Below the pieces are notes generated by a model that was not told the DNA's origin, did no database searches, and was given only the letters and a program-made list of their open reading frames with translations. A stretch of DNA of 59,528 nucleotides, counting the filler, from Sphacelaria rigidula (Eukaryota), in NCBI GenBank assembly GCA_964200075.2. It is 6 parts of 6 records of this genome, joined end to end, with 100 filler letters (N's around TTAATTAATTAA, not from the genome) between each part and the next. Parts side by side here need not be neighbours in the genome. Positions count along the whole stretch, not along the records: positions 39,754 to 49,591 come from CAXNAA020007659.1; positions 49,692 to 59,528 come from CAXNAA020007660.1; 4 more parts are not named here. One strand, given 5' to 3'. The stretch's first letter is position 1. The number at the start of each line of letters is the position of its first letter. The position numbers were made by a program, and so were the translations under genes. Positions 39,823 through 52,786 of this stretch are shown in pieces.

Positions 39823-42800
39823 ACGGGGGGGGCTTTGGTCGCATAGTTGGTCAACACGTACTGACTGAAATCCATTGACAATTGTTTGAGCATGTCGGAT
39901 GCATCATGCGGGGGCAGACACGGTTTACACCTTAGCATCGATACTCGGTTTTCGGGTTTGATGTCAGGTTCATCAGTGGGAATATCCAAGTACAAACGTT
40001 CCTCGCCTATCGGACTATTGTCGGGTGCGACATCACAGGGCCCAACAGCCAAGACTTTCCAAGCGCCACTCCAATTCAAGGATAGGTTCGACTTCAACAC
40101 CATATCCAACGACGACTTGTTGGAGCTAGCCCCCTGAGTTACGGTCTGCACATCATTGTACACCCATACCCATTGATCTACCTTCCACACCGGAGGGTTG
40201 TTGACCGCATCATCCAACACAGTGTTTACCCTGGCTACTTTCGCTGCGTTGATTTTGTTCTGCTCGCGTACCACCTCATACGCAAGACGAAGACGATTAC
40301 TAACAAATATATGGTACTCGGCGATATCCCCATCCAAACTTTGATGGCCTCCGTAAGGTTTCCGTTCGATCACCGCCAGTGACAATCTAGGCATACGACC
40401 AATATGAGCTTAACTGGGCGACAATCCCGTTGCAGCATCGACTGAATTGTTGTAGTTCATCTGAATAAGGGGCAAATGCAAGTCCCAGTCCGTTTGTCGT
40501 TCGTTGGTTACCGTTGCAAGTATTTGAGCCATCGCATGGTTCACTCGTTCGGTCCCACCGTTTGTGGACAGATGGTATGAGCTAGCAATAATACGATGAG
40601 CACCCAGGAAGTTACTGATCGCAGCAGAATGTTCGCCGGCGAAATGGGGGCCGTTATCGGACAATAATCGTTTGGGCACACCTCATTGCGGAATGTACGT
40701 GCATACAAGAATGTTGGCGGTAGCTTCTGCGTTATAGCTACTGGCAGGGACGGTGTGCATCACCGCATGTCGACTAAATCTATCTGAAATCAATAAAATA
40801 TACTTATCACCACTAGTCAGGGGCAAGGGGCCGACATAGTCCCACGAAAGTACTGCACCAGGCCCGTTTGGGAGTGGCATGGAAACAATCGGCCAACGCA
40901 CTGTTTGACGTGAAGGGTTTCGCGCCTGACACAAAAGGCAACGCCTCACCCACCAACGTACACACCGATCCATACAAATCCACCAATGACTGCTGCCGAG
41001 ATAGCCCCCCCCCGAATCGGCCGAAAACGTGCACGGAGACGATGATAATAAATGCCGTCAGAGCTGGTTTCGTGCTGCACGACGCGACTCGTTTGGGCGT
41101 TATAGCTGATTTCGGACTGCTACACGCCTCTCATGCTGGGGAAATTGCTACAAATGAGCCCAATAGTGGGATCGCAGCCGGCTTGTCGGACGGTCTGCGG
41201 TGCACGTTTCGTGGGGGGGCTATCTCGGCATTAATCCAATAAAAACTCCAAGCATCTGGGAGGTCCGAACAACTCCCAAATGTGTCGATGGTTGCGAATG
41301 CCACTCATGGAAAACCCATTAACGCAGAAGTATCGGCACGAACATTCGGGGTCATCACCTAACAAACAGGCATGTTTACTGGTAGGTTTACCCACACGAA
41401 GGGGCGCTGTGGGCCGGCGAACTACAAGAACGACACCATCATCATCTGCATAAAGCATACCTTCTCGCGATAGCTCAGTAACTTCATTCTGTGTGGGGGC
41501 TTTATGGTTCTCAACAGGCAAAAGGAATTCGGTTGCTGGAAAAGAAGACGGGCAGCCTTTGGATAGGTAATGTATAGCTGCTCTACAAGCAGGTTCAGTT
41601 TGTCGTTCCCTGGCCCACTCGGCGTGGGAGAGAAGTGTCAAACGTTCCTCAAATAAACTATCCGACAGTTTGTCCAAAATGAAGGGGTTCGTGTCACGGC
41701 GGTGTTGACTCGAATCAGGGATATTTGGATCATGGGCGGGGGGATCAGTTAGAGTACTTTCAAGAGAAACATTGTCTTCGATTCCTACGTCGACTAGCGT
41801 ATCGGGTGATGAGGCGTCAGTGGGTACATCATCACCGGGGAAGGGTAGCAAAGCCGAGTCTTCGGATATGGACGGAAGGGGTGCCGTGGATGGGGTCAAT
41901 CTTCTGAGAGCCTTGCGCCGCAGTGGTTTAGGAGGCGCAAAGAAAGTATCGGGCACCGGGATGGGGCTTGGGATGGGAAGGTCCGGGCCAGAGGCCGCAA
42001 GGGTGGCGGCCGTTTCGGCGGCCCGCCGTCCCCGTCCACGGATTCTACTCGAGGTGAGATTGTGCGCTGCAACCGGGAGGACGAAATCAGCACAAGACGG
42101 TTCTATATCTGCAGCACAAAGCATACGATGACCAGTTGCACGGAAATGATCATACCCACTCAGGTCTGTAGTAGCTCCACTCCAATCTGAACACAACTAT
42201 TGTGGTGGCATGCTGCCTGGTACAGAAGCGTGAGCTGTAGTCATCAGCCAATCCATGCCAAGTGACGAGTTGTCATTCAGTAAGAGTGGTTTGTATAGAT
42301 TTCGCTACGACCGTTTCTGCGAATGAAATATAGAATATCGTCGGTGGGATCCGTGATACGTTCCAAGGTGGAGCTGTCAATGGGTTGGGCCGGGATGGGC
42401 AAACGAGACAGAAAATCAGCGTTTGCGTTTTGAGGTCCTGTTCAATACTTCAGCGTGAAGTTGTAAGAAGACAGGATTTCAAACCAGCGTTGAACCCGGG
42501 AGTTGTGTTCCGCCATTTTGGCGATGTTTTCCAAAGACTAATGATGTGCATAAATCACAAACGGAATATCATACAAGTACTGACGGAGACCTCGCACTCC
42601 CCGAACAACTGCACCGGCCTCTTGCTCCATGACCGACCAGTTTTGTTCGTTTGGGTAGGTGGTTCGACTCAAATATACAATGGGGCGAATATTATCATCT
42701 GGTTGTACCTACTCCAACGTGCAGCCAAATCCAATTTTGGAGGAATCCGTGTGAAGTCGGAATAGACGTGAACGAGTTTCAGCGGCCAACCAGTCTAGGA

Positions 42801-43390
42801 AAACCAAGAATGGTGGTCACGAGCGGGTGTCGAGTAGTTGACGCACTATCTTCTCCATTTCCGAGGTGGAACGCGAATTTCACTCTTTTTTTGAGTGAGG
42901 AGGTGAGAGGTTTGAGGATTTGGGCTAGCTTTGGCAAATACTGTCGGTAGTAGCTCAAACCGCCGAACAAGGAGCGCAGTTGAGATGTATCCCGTGGCAT
43001 GGGCATATCTGTAAGTGCGGCAACCTTCTTGAGGTTTGGACTACGACCTTGAGGAGTGATACAGTGGCCCAGGAATTCGATGCTAGTCGCTCCAATGCGG
43101 GATTTGGACGGGACAAGTTTCAAGTCATTTTATTCGAAGCGAGCGAAGAAAGATGCCAAGTGCGCGACGTGTTCGGAAAGGGTGCTGCCGTGTATGACCG
43201 CGCCATCGAGGTACATATGGCACTTGGACAATCTATCAGTCACACAAAACATCACACGTTGAAATGCCCCGGGGGCGCCTGCGGCACCTTGTGGTGTTAG
43301 CAGCCATTCGTAAGCCTGACGGTGTACAACACGCCGTCGGTTCTGTAGATTGAGGGTCCATCAAAATTTGGTGGTAAGCTGACGCACTAT
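39823..43390 (-). mobile_element. Ty3/Gypsy pol 3' half (RT-RNaseH-integrase), degenerate
   Basis: RT: ASAYHQI..TPSGL..PQG..FQRVM..MYLDG..IEFLGH..LSYYRQY. RNaseH: HTDSSKIGFG..RPIVYLSR..NWSVME..NANADFLSR. Integrase: CLLCQAR..WDYVGPLP..LSDNGPHF..TNGGTERVN. The RT-RH-INT order is the Gypsy order. Confidence 0.95.
40988..41236. mobile_element. 249-bp MITE inserted in the Gypsy integrase zinc-finger region
   Basis: TIR GA(C/T)T..TGCCGAGATAGCCCCCCC; 4-bp TSD CAAT at 40984-40987 and 41237-41240. Excision restores the FYWW codons. Confidence 0.9.
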
Positions 43391-43849
43391 TTTCGTCGTT
43401 AAGGGAGGCATAATTCATGATCAGTTCCGCTGAATAGATCCGATCCAAATTCTGGCAAGAAATCTGTGAACAAACCGTGCTTATGATTGTGAGCGGCTGC
43501 GCTGAAATACACACGCTGATGATTTTTCGGAGCAATATTTCAGTTCAAAGGTGGGTTGAGGCACGGATTGTCTTCTACAGTTTTGGGGGGAATCTGTCGA
43601 GTGTTGAATTCCGTATACATATACGATACAGTACAGAAGTGTCGTACAGAAATCTCTACGTGTAGTCAAAATCATGAGCTTGTATGTTCACGCTGTTTTG
43701 ATGCGTGTCAGCTATTCTTACGCAAAACACTCCCCGACAAATCCCAAAAAGCCTAGTGAAGCATGCCAATAAACTGTTTTAGATCTGAGAAATATCAGTC
43801 AAATCACTGCAGCCAGACTGTAGTCACTGTAATGCGTAAGAGGACCGCG

Positions 43850-46800
43850 TGCTTAGGGGATCGCACCGTAGTTCGAATACCTCAGGATCGACGTTTTTCA
43901 AAACCAATCGGCTAGTCCCTGCAGGGACCACGCCACTGATCTGTCATGGTACGATACTCACCACCTAGGTAGGAAGATGCCAGTTCAGTGGGCACAGGGG
44001 CTAGCGGGCCCAAACACAATCATTAGTATCGAAGCCATTGAGCTTGACGTTACCAAGTGTAAAGTCAGCCACCGCACCAGTGGTCAGGTGGCATGCCATG
44101 AGCCGCGCAGGCTGCAGCACAACATATGTTGCATGAAGGTCAGGCTTACATTTGTGAAGACCAGGGAATCCTCTGAGATAGTAGTCCGTGATGGCGTAGA
44201 TGCTCTTGTATTATTGGCGTGCAGGCTAACTTGTACGTTGCTAGTTAAGATGCATAGTCCAAAACGCTGTGACCCAAGGGGGGCGGCCAAGTCAATCCAA
44301 TCAAACAATGTAGTATGACCCATCAGGTACCAAGCATGGCAAAGTATGACAAATGGAACCCAGTCGACTGGAACATGACCAATAAATCTGTAATAGATCT
44401 ATGGTACTGACGGTCGGATTGGGTGGTACACACACACAATGGGGGAAGTACCTACTGTACCGCTGGTCCGACCAGGCCCACACACATTGGGGGTGGTAGC
44501 GACTGCGACAGCAGGCGCAGTAAGAGGACAGTGAACACATGCTGGTGAAAGCCTGATCGCTCGCTGAGAAGAGGAGCGTTCATTCTGATCAAACCGCAAC
44601 TTGCCGTCAAACACATGAACGCCTGATCCACTCAGTAGTATATCCTGTCCCTGTTGTACCTGATGCAAGGAAAACAAATTGAACGGAATACCTTCAAGTA
44701 CGTACACGTCCGTCAGTTGTACACATAAATCAGAAGGGAGGGCGTCAAAGGCACCAGGCATGTGGAACTTGAGTTTGAAGCTCCCTACAGTACAGCGATC
44801 ACAGGAAGTACGGTACCATTCCGTACGACTACATACTTATTTCCTGTTGGGGGAGGGCGAAGATCAAACATTCCATTCATGAATCTAGCTGTGTGGTGAC
44901 TGGCTCCGTTGTCAGCCAGCCACTCTTCCGCTCCGTCGCCTACCATGTCTAGCCTACCACCCTGGTAAAGCAACGTAAGATTCTCCGAGTCAACGTTGTC
45001 TAGGGTGAAACCTGGAAACACTCACAGATTTTGCCATGCACAAATTCAAAGGCGTCGAAGAGACTGAACTGGCAGCAGGTGCGTCGTCAGAGGGCGCAGT
45101 TGAGGGCAATTGTTGCTGTTGTTGTTGGTGATGGGGAGGTAGTTGCTGCTGTTGCTGCTGTTGTTGGTGCTGCTGATGGGAAGGTAGTTGTTGCTGTTGA
45201 TGCTGCTGTTGATGCTGCTGTTGAGGAGGTTGATGTTGATGTTGAGGTTGACTGTACTGCACCGGGTTGGACGACTGCACACAATGAGCAAAACCAGATC
45301 CACTGAAACTGCTCTGGGTTTCCTCCCATGTACAGCCATCCTCTTCCGGACCATACCAATTGTCGTCGTCGTAGTAGTTGCTGGGATCATCGTACGGTTG
45401 AATGGCTTGTGCTACACCGTACGAGTGTGGCAATGCTGTAGGCAATGTTGTAGACCGAGGGTGGGGGTGCTGTCCACCATAACGAAGTTGGGCAGCATGT
45501 TGCGAGATATGATGAGTCTGTTGCCGACCTCCTCTACGCCACGACCAGGACGTACGCATATGGCCCAACTCTCCGCAAGTAGTGCAACGTTTTCGAGGAT
45601 CCGCGGGGTGAATGGGCGGCTCATTCCCATACGGGAGATATAACCCCACAGGATACCCCGAGTAATCGTAACCTTCCGGAGGGGGATCGTAGGAGGGCAA
45701 TTGACTGCCCGGGTGTGGTGATGACTCGACATATCTACCATCACGTACATCATCACCATAGCTGGGATTCTGCCCACATCCCGGTCCTCGCCGTCATTGT
45801 CCTTGCTGTTGAAGTCCCTGGGGATGCTGTTGCGGTCGTCCAGGTCCATGTCCCATCGCTCCGCGTCCTCCTACGAAGTCCGAGTATGACGGGGTATACC
45901 ACCCCCTTACCACTACGGCCTGCTTGTGGTTGTAGACCGCGGCGAGCAGGACAGTTGGAGTCATCGTGATGGTTGGTGTTGGGGTAGTAGCAGAAGGGCT
46001 CATGTTGATGTTGGCGGTGTCTTGTTTCTCCAGAGTTCCGCACGTTCTGTGTACCCCCGCCACGACCACCGCTGGTCGCCGCGACGAGGGCGCTGCCCTC
46101 CTGGGCGTCCCCTGACCTTGCTCGTGCCAGTTCATGTTCTCCATGAGCCATTGTCACAACACGCTCGACAACTCCAAGATCCATATCCTCTGTACCAAGA
46201 AACATGCTCTTTTGGATGTCATACTCTGCTGACAATCGACGAACAATATGTCTACACGCATCTGCATCCGACATGGTTATCCCATGTTTCGCCCGTTTGT
46301 GTCGAATGAGTTTTGAATTAGTGAAAAACACGATGGGTTGCTCTCCAACACTCATCTGAAGACTACTCCACTCCATTTCTAGCCTTGTTTTTTCAGTAGT
46401 TGCAGGGGTCTGATAATATATTACAATATGGTCCCAAGCTTCAGTTGAGGAACCGAGCATCGTGACCTGCTCTAATAAAGGAGGATACACTATCTTCTCG
46501 ACTATTATGTTCCAAGCCCTGAAGGCCCGGTCCACGTCGCCTGAATCATACTTCATTTTGAGCTCTTCCTCGCTCTCGAAATGTACTTTGATGGGAACAC
46601 GGGGGGTCAATGCAGACACACAGTTCTCTTGCCTAAAATAGTTCTCCAACTGTACCTTGAATACAGTAAACTTATCACTTAATATCTCTCCATTCTTCGC
46701 CCAACCGTCCCACGGGGTAATTGAGCTTGATGTGCGGAGTTTGAACAAGTTGGCTATCTGGGCGGGATTGGACACTAGAGGTACTTGCTGTTGGGGGTTT

Positions 46801-47020
46801 GCTGTGGGTCCTTGCCGAAGGGTTTCATCTCTACGGGCATAAATTGCCTCTTCAAGGCGTTGGTTTCTCTCTTCAGGCATCTCTCCAAGTAAAGTCTCTG
46901 TCAGCCGTCTCAACGCTTCAATCGTATTCTTCTCCTACTCACGTCTCTGTTGCTCAAACAAATCCCGAATAAGTTCCTGCGTTTCCTGAAGCAGGGCCTC
47001 GAGTTTTGAGTAATCTATAC
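43850..47020 (-). mobile_element. Ty1/Copia 5' half: gag (UBN2/Retrotran_gag_2-like), CCHC knuckle, aspartic protease and a heavily decayed integrase
   Basis: Gag: AWDHIVIYYQ..EKTRLEMEWSSLQM..RHIVRRLSAEYD (ORF 45753-46913). Knuckle: RCTTCGELGHMRTS. Protease: WLADNGASHH. Beta-barrel: VYVLEGIPFNLFSL. Integrase traces: LVFTNVS and SYLGGEY. Confidence 0.9.
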
Positions 47021-47278
47021 TACACTCTCCTTTCCAAGTGAACCAATCTCAAGCTAACCCCTTGGCTACTAGATCCTATTAGCTACTCGCGCAAGCTTAA
47101 GAGCAACAGGTGCACTTCCGTGCTTTGTAGCGGGGAGCTAAGTGTGCAAATATCGCACAGGCAATGATGCTTTGTGCGATGGCTGTTGAGCCTAACCCTA
47201 ACCCTAATCCTGACCCTGCTGCGTGAGCGATCACTGCGATGGCTGTTGAGCCAAAAACAGACGATAACAGAGATTATC

Positions 47279-47745
47279 TGTTGATTCACAAAAACACACA
47301 CACTTGATTTATTATTATACTGCTTCAACACAGTACGTACAAAATCCAAAACTCACACACCGGTGTAGAAATTCAGTTATACTTGATGATGAAAGCTGGA
47401 GACCGAGTCGAGAGTGAACGGCGTGGTGATCAGCTCCGCCGCCCCGAACGCAAAAACGAGGATTTCCAACATTGCTTGTTCTCAGACCACAACCGTAAAA
47501 CGCACCTCAAAGTCCTTCATAGACCACATGCCGGTCTCACCATAGGCCACATTCTCAGCTTTATCCATAGTCCACATCTAGCTTTATCCATAGTCCCGCT
47601 TTCTCATATACCAAGTTCCGAGATCATTGCTTCATGGCACACCGAGTATCTCCGCTAATTTACCGCTAAGTTACCGTCTGTAGTACCCTTATCTGACCGT
47701 CTGTACCCGCTGTCCACTCGAGGTACAACCCAACTTTAGGATACA
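47279..47745 (-). repeat. Candidate 5' LTR of the Copia element
   Basis: TG...TCAACA ends on the minus strand, AATAAA near 47310, and position just upstream of gag. No second copy in the window confirms it. Confidence 0.35.
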
Positions 47746-48434
47746 TTTCGGGAGAATTGGTGCGGGCAAATTCGATTACTTTGTGTGTCTTCGCTCGGCG
47801 ATTACCAATCGCTCGAGAGACTGACATCATGGATGTTACCAGCATGTACCGGATTTCTCATGTGCCGGTAGGGATTTTATTATGCTGCTGCGCACAGCCG
47901 CCCAAAGAGCATTCAGCTGCGGAGATATTTCGTCTCTTCTTCTCTATGGAGCTCACCAATGCGAAGATCGTTTTCTCTCTGCCTCTCTTTTTGGACAGGA
48001 CGCGCCTCTGTGCGCTGAAAACATGTCGTTGAAAAACAAGGCAACGTTCCCGTCACCGCTAGTACTGTTTTTTGTCACACACATGCCAGCGAGGGCGGTG
48101 CTGTGACGAAAACAACAGATATATCCAATTTGAACTTGAGGGGTGTTATTCATCGTTGATTTTACCCGACATTTATGTGACCCTCTGTGTGCCCGACGAC
48201 AAGAGCGTGCGAGGCTCCAGTTGGGGGGAGGGTGTTTGAGACATCAAACACTTGTGGAGACCTTCTTGACATGCGGAGCGGAAAAAGATACCTATGGCGG
48301 TGACCTAACCGTTGCTAGTGTGGTGCAGAGGGGTGCGTTTATGTTGCAATCTGAAGCACGCGCTGGCTGCGTGTACACCTCGGTACAGTAGCTTTCAAGA
48401 ATCAATTGCGATGTGAGGAGGTCACGCATTATTA

Positions 48435-49282
48435 CAACCTGGGGCGAGATATGACTCCACGAAGGAGAAGAGCGCTCTATGATCAATCACTTGTCGTTGC
48501 ATTTGACATCCATGCCATCAACCGCCGACCGCAAAGGTCTTGTGGCTTTCAAGCAACGCTCGCGGCTGTACGGCAGGCAAACCCGATCATAGCTAGCTTT
48601 CATCGCTCTACCGGACTAGCTCGCGTCTGCACAGTGGTTGCCCGCCATAACAACATGGACCAAATTTCGCAACCTCTGTAAAAACAAAACAGGTTGTTTA
48701 CCCTATCTACATACACATGATTGAGAGGACTCTTGTGGTCTGAGGAACTGTGGCTTCCCCGTCTCCCCGCCGCCAGGTATAGAAGAACGGCCACAGAGCT
48801 TTTTGCAAGCGCACCTAACACTCGCGGGGAAACATATAGGTTCTCCTCTGTGAAATTCCGCGTTTTCGAAAGTGCAAACCGTTTAATTCCGGTTGCTTTC
48901 TAATGAGAAAGTTATCCTGTCAATTTCTGTTCCGTTCTATACTGATTGCGGTATCTGAATGCCAGCAAAGTTTGGTATTGCTGTTCGACAGGATCTTCGC
49001 ACGTGCGGATGGACTCAAAGCGGCCACTTTCTCCCAGACAGAGGTTGCGAAATTTGGTCCATATTGTTATGGCGGGCGACCACTGTGCAGACGCGAGCTA
49101 GTCCGGTAGAGCGATGAAAGCTAGCTATGATCGGGTTTGCCTGCCGTACTGCCGCGAGCGTTGCTTGAAAGTCACAAGACCTTTGCGGTCGGCGGTTGAT
49201 GGCGTGGGTGTCAAATGCAACGATAAATGGTTGATCATAGAGCACTCTTGTCCTTCGTGGGGTCATATCTCGCCCCAGGTTG
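48435..49282. mobile_element. Tc1/mariner-type non-autonomous element with 245-bp TIRs and TA TSD
   Basis: 48435-48679 is a near-identical inverted copy of 49038-49282; TA|CAACCTGGGG...CCCCAGGTTG|TA. Confidence 0.9.
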
Positions 49283-50811
49283 TAATGTTAAGGATTGCGG
49301 CGTAATGGTGGGAGGGTAATACGAGGATGAGCCCAGCTTTTCGACTGACCGGCTCGCAGGGCTAGTTGATGTGACCTACGGGTATTCGAACTAGAGGAGA
49401 GGGAGTGGTGTCCGTTATAACGGTTACAGCCACGCCTCCGTGCGCGCCGTGGTTTCATTACCCGGCACGACCCTTGGTTTTACTCTCTTTATGAGCACAA
49501 GAACGAGCTAACAGCTTATAACAGTGTTTTCGTGAGATTGAGAGTAGATGATACGGTTGAGAGTGAAACGTGGTCAATCAGTGAATGAATCNNNNNNNNN
49601 NNNNNNNNNNNNNNNNNNNNNNNNNNNNNNNNNNNTTAATTAATTAANNNNNNNNNNNNNNNNNNNNNNNNNNNNNNNNNNNNNNNNNNNNTGGGTTGAT
49701 CCCTTGAGACCACGGACTCATCCTGATGAAGGGGAGGGGTTCAAAGTGTGAGGAAAAAAACAAATCCCCAGCACACTGGAATGGTAATTCTGGCGTACTC
49801 TCGCATATGTTCATAAGTCGTGTTTTGGATGAGATACAGGGCTCCTAACAACTCTCTAACCTCAGAAAATACTTGTGTACCCCAACCGTAGGACCACTCC
49901 GATGTGCTACGTAAGAAAATCAACCGTTCAACATGCTCGGGGCTCAGCGCGTGTCTTAGACCGTGTCTTAGGCCGTGTCTTACCACATCAGTTTTCGATC
50001 GAAAAGTGGGGTGGAAAACATAAATCCTAATCTGATGGGCCGTGATTTCAACCATCTTCAAAATTAATGACGATGGTTGAAATTACGACCTATCAGATCG
50101 GTATTGTGTTTTCCACCGCGCAATTTCAATCGAAAACTAGTGTGCTAAGACACGCCCCTAGCACTTTGTATTTCTCGATCGAACATGTGCGGTGGAAACG
50201 AGAAACCCCGATCTGATTTGTTGGAAGCGCGGCGCTGCACGCGGGCTGAACACCTTAAAACCACGTTGTGGCGCCTCAGTCCCACGCCCAAGGTATCTCG
50301 GCAGCATGCCCGACTATATTCTTTTGTTTCACACGTGTTATTAGGCTCAACTACGGCGCGGGAAGCGATAGACTATTAGATTATCCCCTTTTGCCAGCAA
50401 ACCAGGAAGGTACATCCCACCATCTGCTAAAATATGATTACTTACCCTTTTATGTTCACGTGTGTACTTTTACAGTGCTCAAATGTGTAACCCTCATTTT
50501 GAAGTGGTGACCGTACCCTCGGCTCCGCATAAGATACGTCGAGCAGTCATTACCACACCATTTTTTTCTAAATACCCAGTAGAGTTCACCATTTGGGATG
50601 GTGAGAAATTTCTCAGATGGTTCGACTTGATTTTAGTCTGAACAGCGAAAATCCGGATCTTTATTGGGGCTATGCTCCAAGCGTGCTCGCTCCTAGCTTG
50701 TGAAAAATGCATCTTGGTCGAAATCGGCGCCTGGGGCGCCGATTTGAGGTCTGGCAACGCACCCTTGTAACACTCTCCACCCCCTCGCCCGAGGGTTCTC
50801 GGTGTGCCTTC

Positions 50812-50840
50812 GTTAGGGTTAGGATTAGGGTTAGGGTTAG
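50812..50840 (+). repeat. Interstitial telomere-like (TTAGGG)n tract
   Basis: GTTAGGGTTAGGATTAGGGTTAGGGTTAG. Confidence 0.85.
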
Positions 50841-51119
50841 TGTTGGTCTTTTAGTTTGTTCCAAGTTTTAAGTTTCTGTGAAATTTCTCACCATCCCAAG
50901 TGGTAAACTGACCTCTAAATACCCCGCCAAAAACGCCGAAACCCAACAATCAAGAAACTGTAGCCCCCTGCTGGTTGGCCCGCAGACCCGGAGGATCCGA
51001 CGATGCATCCAGGGCGCGAACGGCCGTGTGCCGGAGCTCACAGAGATCCAACGCACACGTGTGAAAAATCTTGCCAACAGCCGCACGTGATTTTGCAAAA
51101 CAATGAGTATGGTTGTGAC

Positions 51120-51514
51120 TAAAGGTCGGAAATGGTACCAGTTATTACCGTCCATTTACATCATGATAGTAATAATGGCATTGGTGATATGAAAAGTTTG
51201 GATTATGGTTTTACACCATGCTTTACCGTTACCGACTTTATACGCCGTTACCGGCTACGTATGCTACGTACAGCACACGTGATTTTGAGCTTCAGTGAAG
51301 CCAAATCGTGAAAAAACGTGCCTTCGGCACGAGCCCTTCAGCGTGGTCCTCCGAGGGCCCCTCCGGCGGGGGCCCCTCTGCCGGGGGGGGCTTTTTGGCT
51401 CGCGGCTGCGCCGCTCGATGACCAAACCATTATGTACCATTTAACTGGTCAAGGGTTGCGCCACGCGTAACCATTTCACTGGTTAATGGTTAGACAAGCC
51501 ATTTCCGAGCTCTA
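51120..51514. mobile_element. hAT-type MITE, copy 2
   Basis: TAAAGGTCGGAAATGG...CCATTTCCGAGCTCTA; TSD GTTGTGAC/GTTATGAC. Confidence 0.85.
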
Positions 51515-52786
51515 GTTATGACTGTTTGGCGTATCTCCTGCGGAGCCGGCGGTACTGTCACCACTTCACACTGAACGGTGTACCTCTGCGCATTAAAAAC
51601 GTACACACGTGAACAAAAAAGAGTACGCGATAATTTTCGAGGCAGAGAGTAGGGTGTACCCTCCTGGTTTGTTGATAAGGAGGGGTAATCTAGTAGGCTC
51701 TCTTTTTCAGTGTCGTAGTTCATCCGAATACAACGTTTGGGAAAAAAATGACCGGGCATGCTGCCGAGACACCTTGGGTGTGAGGCTGAAGCGCTGGAAC
51801 GTGTTTCCGAGGTATTCAGACCGCGTGCAGCGCCGCGCCCCGAACCAAAAGTTGTATTACCCTTTTTTATTTCGAAAACATGAGGGCGTACCCTTTACGG
51901 TATTTTGCTCTTACAAAAATGCCTGCTTCTATTGTTTCGGAGAGGGGTTGTCAATAGCTACCCGTTATTGCGAACGCCATGATCTCATATACTCTCGAGG
52001 GGTATTTCCATGATAGTGCCTTCCGGGCGCGGTCGCTGACAGTTCCTCCTTCAGTGTATTTACTTTTTGTGCAGAGTTTTGCTCCGAAAACTCATGCCTC
52101 AGCCCACACCCCCTTGCCACCCTCCCTCATCCGTGCTATGATCAGAGCGTATCTCAGGAGCAAGCCGGAGCTGTTGCGTCTGCATCACCGCGCAGTAGCG
52201 CGATCACGCCCACCGCATCACGTGAACGACCCAAGCTGAAGCGTGGCGCTAGTGGGATGCGTCCGAGGTCGTCTCGAGATCTCAACCCTCCCTTGTGGGC
52301 AGGGGAGATGGACATCGTGGATAGGGAAGGGATAGAGGCAACTGTGAAGATATCGCTGCTTATGGAGGTCGCGGGCAGGTAACTGAGTGTTCACCTTTGT
52401 GGATACGTTATACGAAGTATGTGTTTGTTGTGCGTATATGAACGGCAAGAACACACGATTGGTAGCGGCGAAACTTGAAATATTTAAACACGGGGCCACA
52501 GCAGGGATAGCGCATTACCTCGGGGCACCGCAAGTGATACTCAATACAGTAGAAGTGGACTGGCAAAAACTCTCGTGCACGAATCGGGCGCCTTGTTCGA
52601 TATACAACACATCCACTGAGCTATCTGTCAGCGCTGACTGTTTAGCTCAGTGGATATGTTGTATATATAACAACAGTTTTGAATATGCTTCCATACCCAT
52701 CTTCACACTGCAAATGCCGCACCTGGCGGTTTGTCCGCAAGGATTGCGAAACTGTGCTGTCGTGTTCGAGAAGTGTAGAAATCTTG

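Larger units (their letters stand above)
50226..51840. repeat. Inverted pair of a ~330-bp repeat (50226-50560 and ~51100-51840, the second interrupted by a hAT MITE)
   Basis: GCGCTGCACGCGG..CCCAAGGT(A/G)TCTCGGCAGCATGCCCG..GAAGTGGTGAC(C/A)GTACC is present in both orientations. Confidence 0.75.

Noticed and set aside
43390..43850. Possible Copia 3' LTR
   Set aside because: No similarity to the candidate 5' LTR at 47279-47745.
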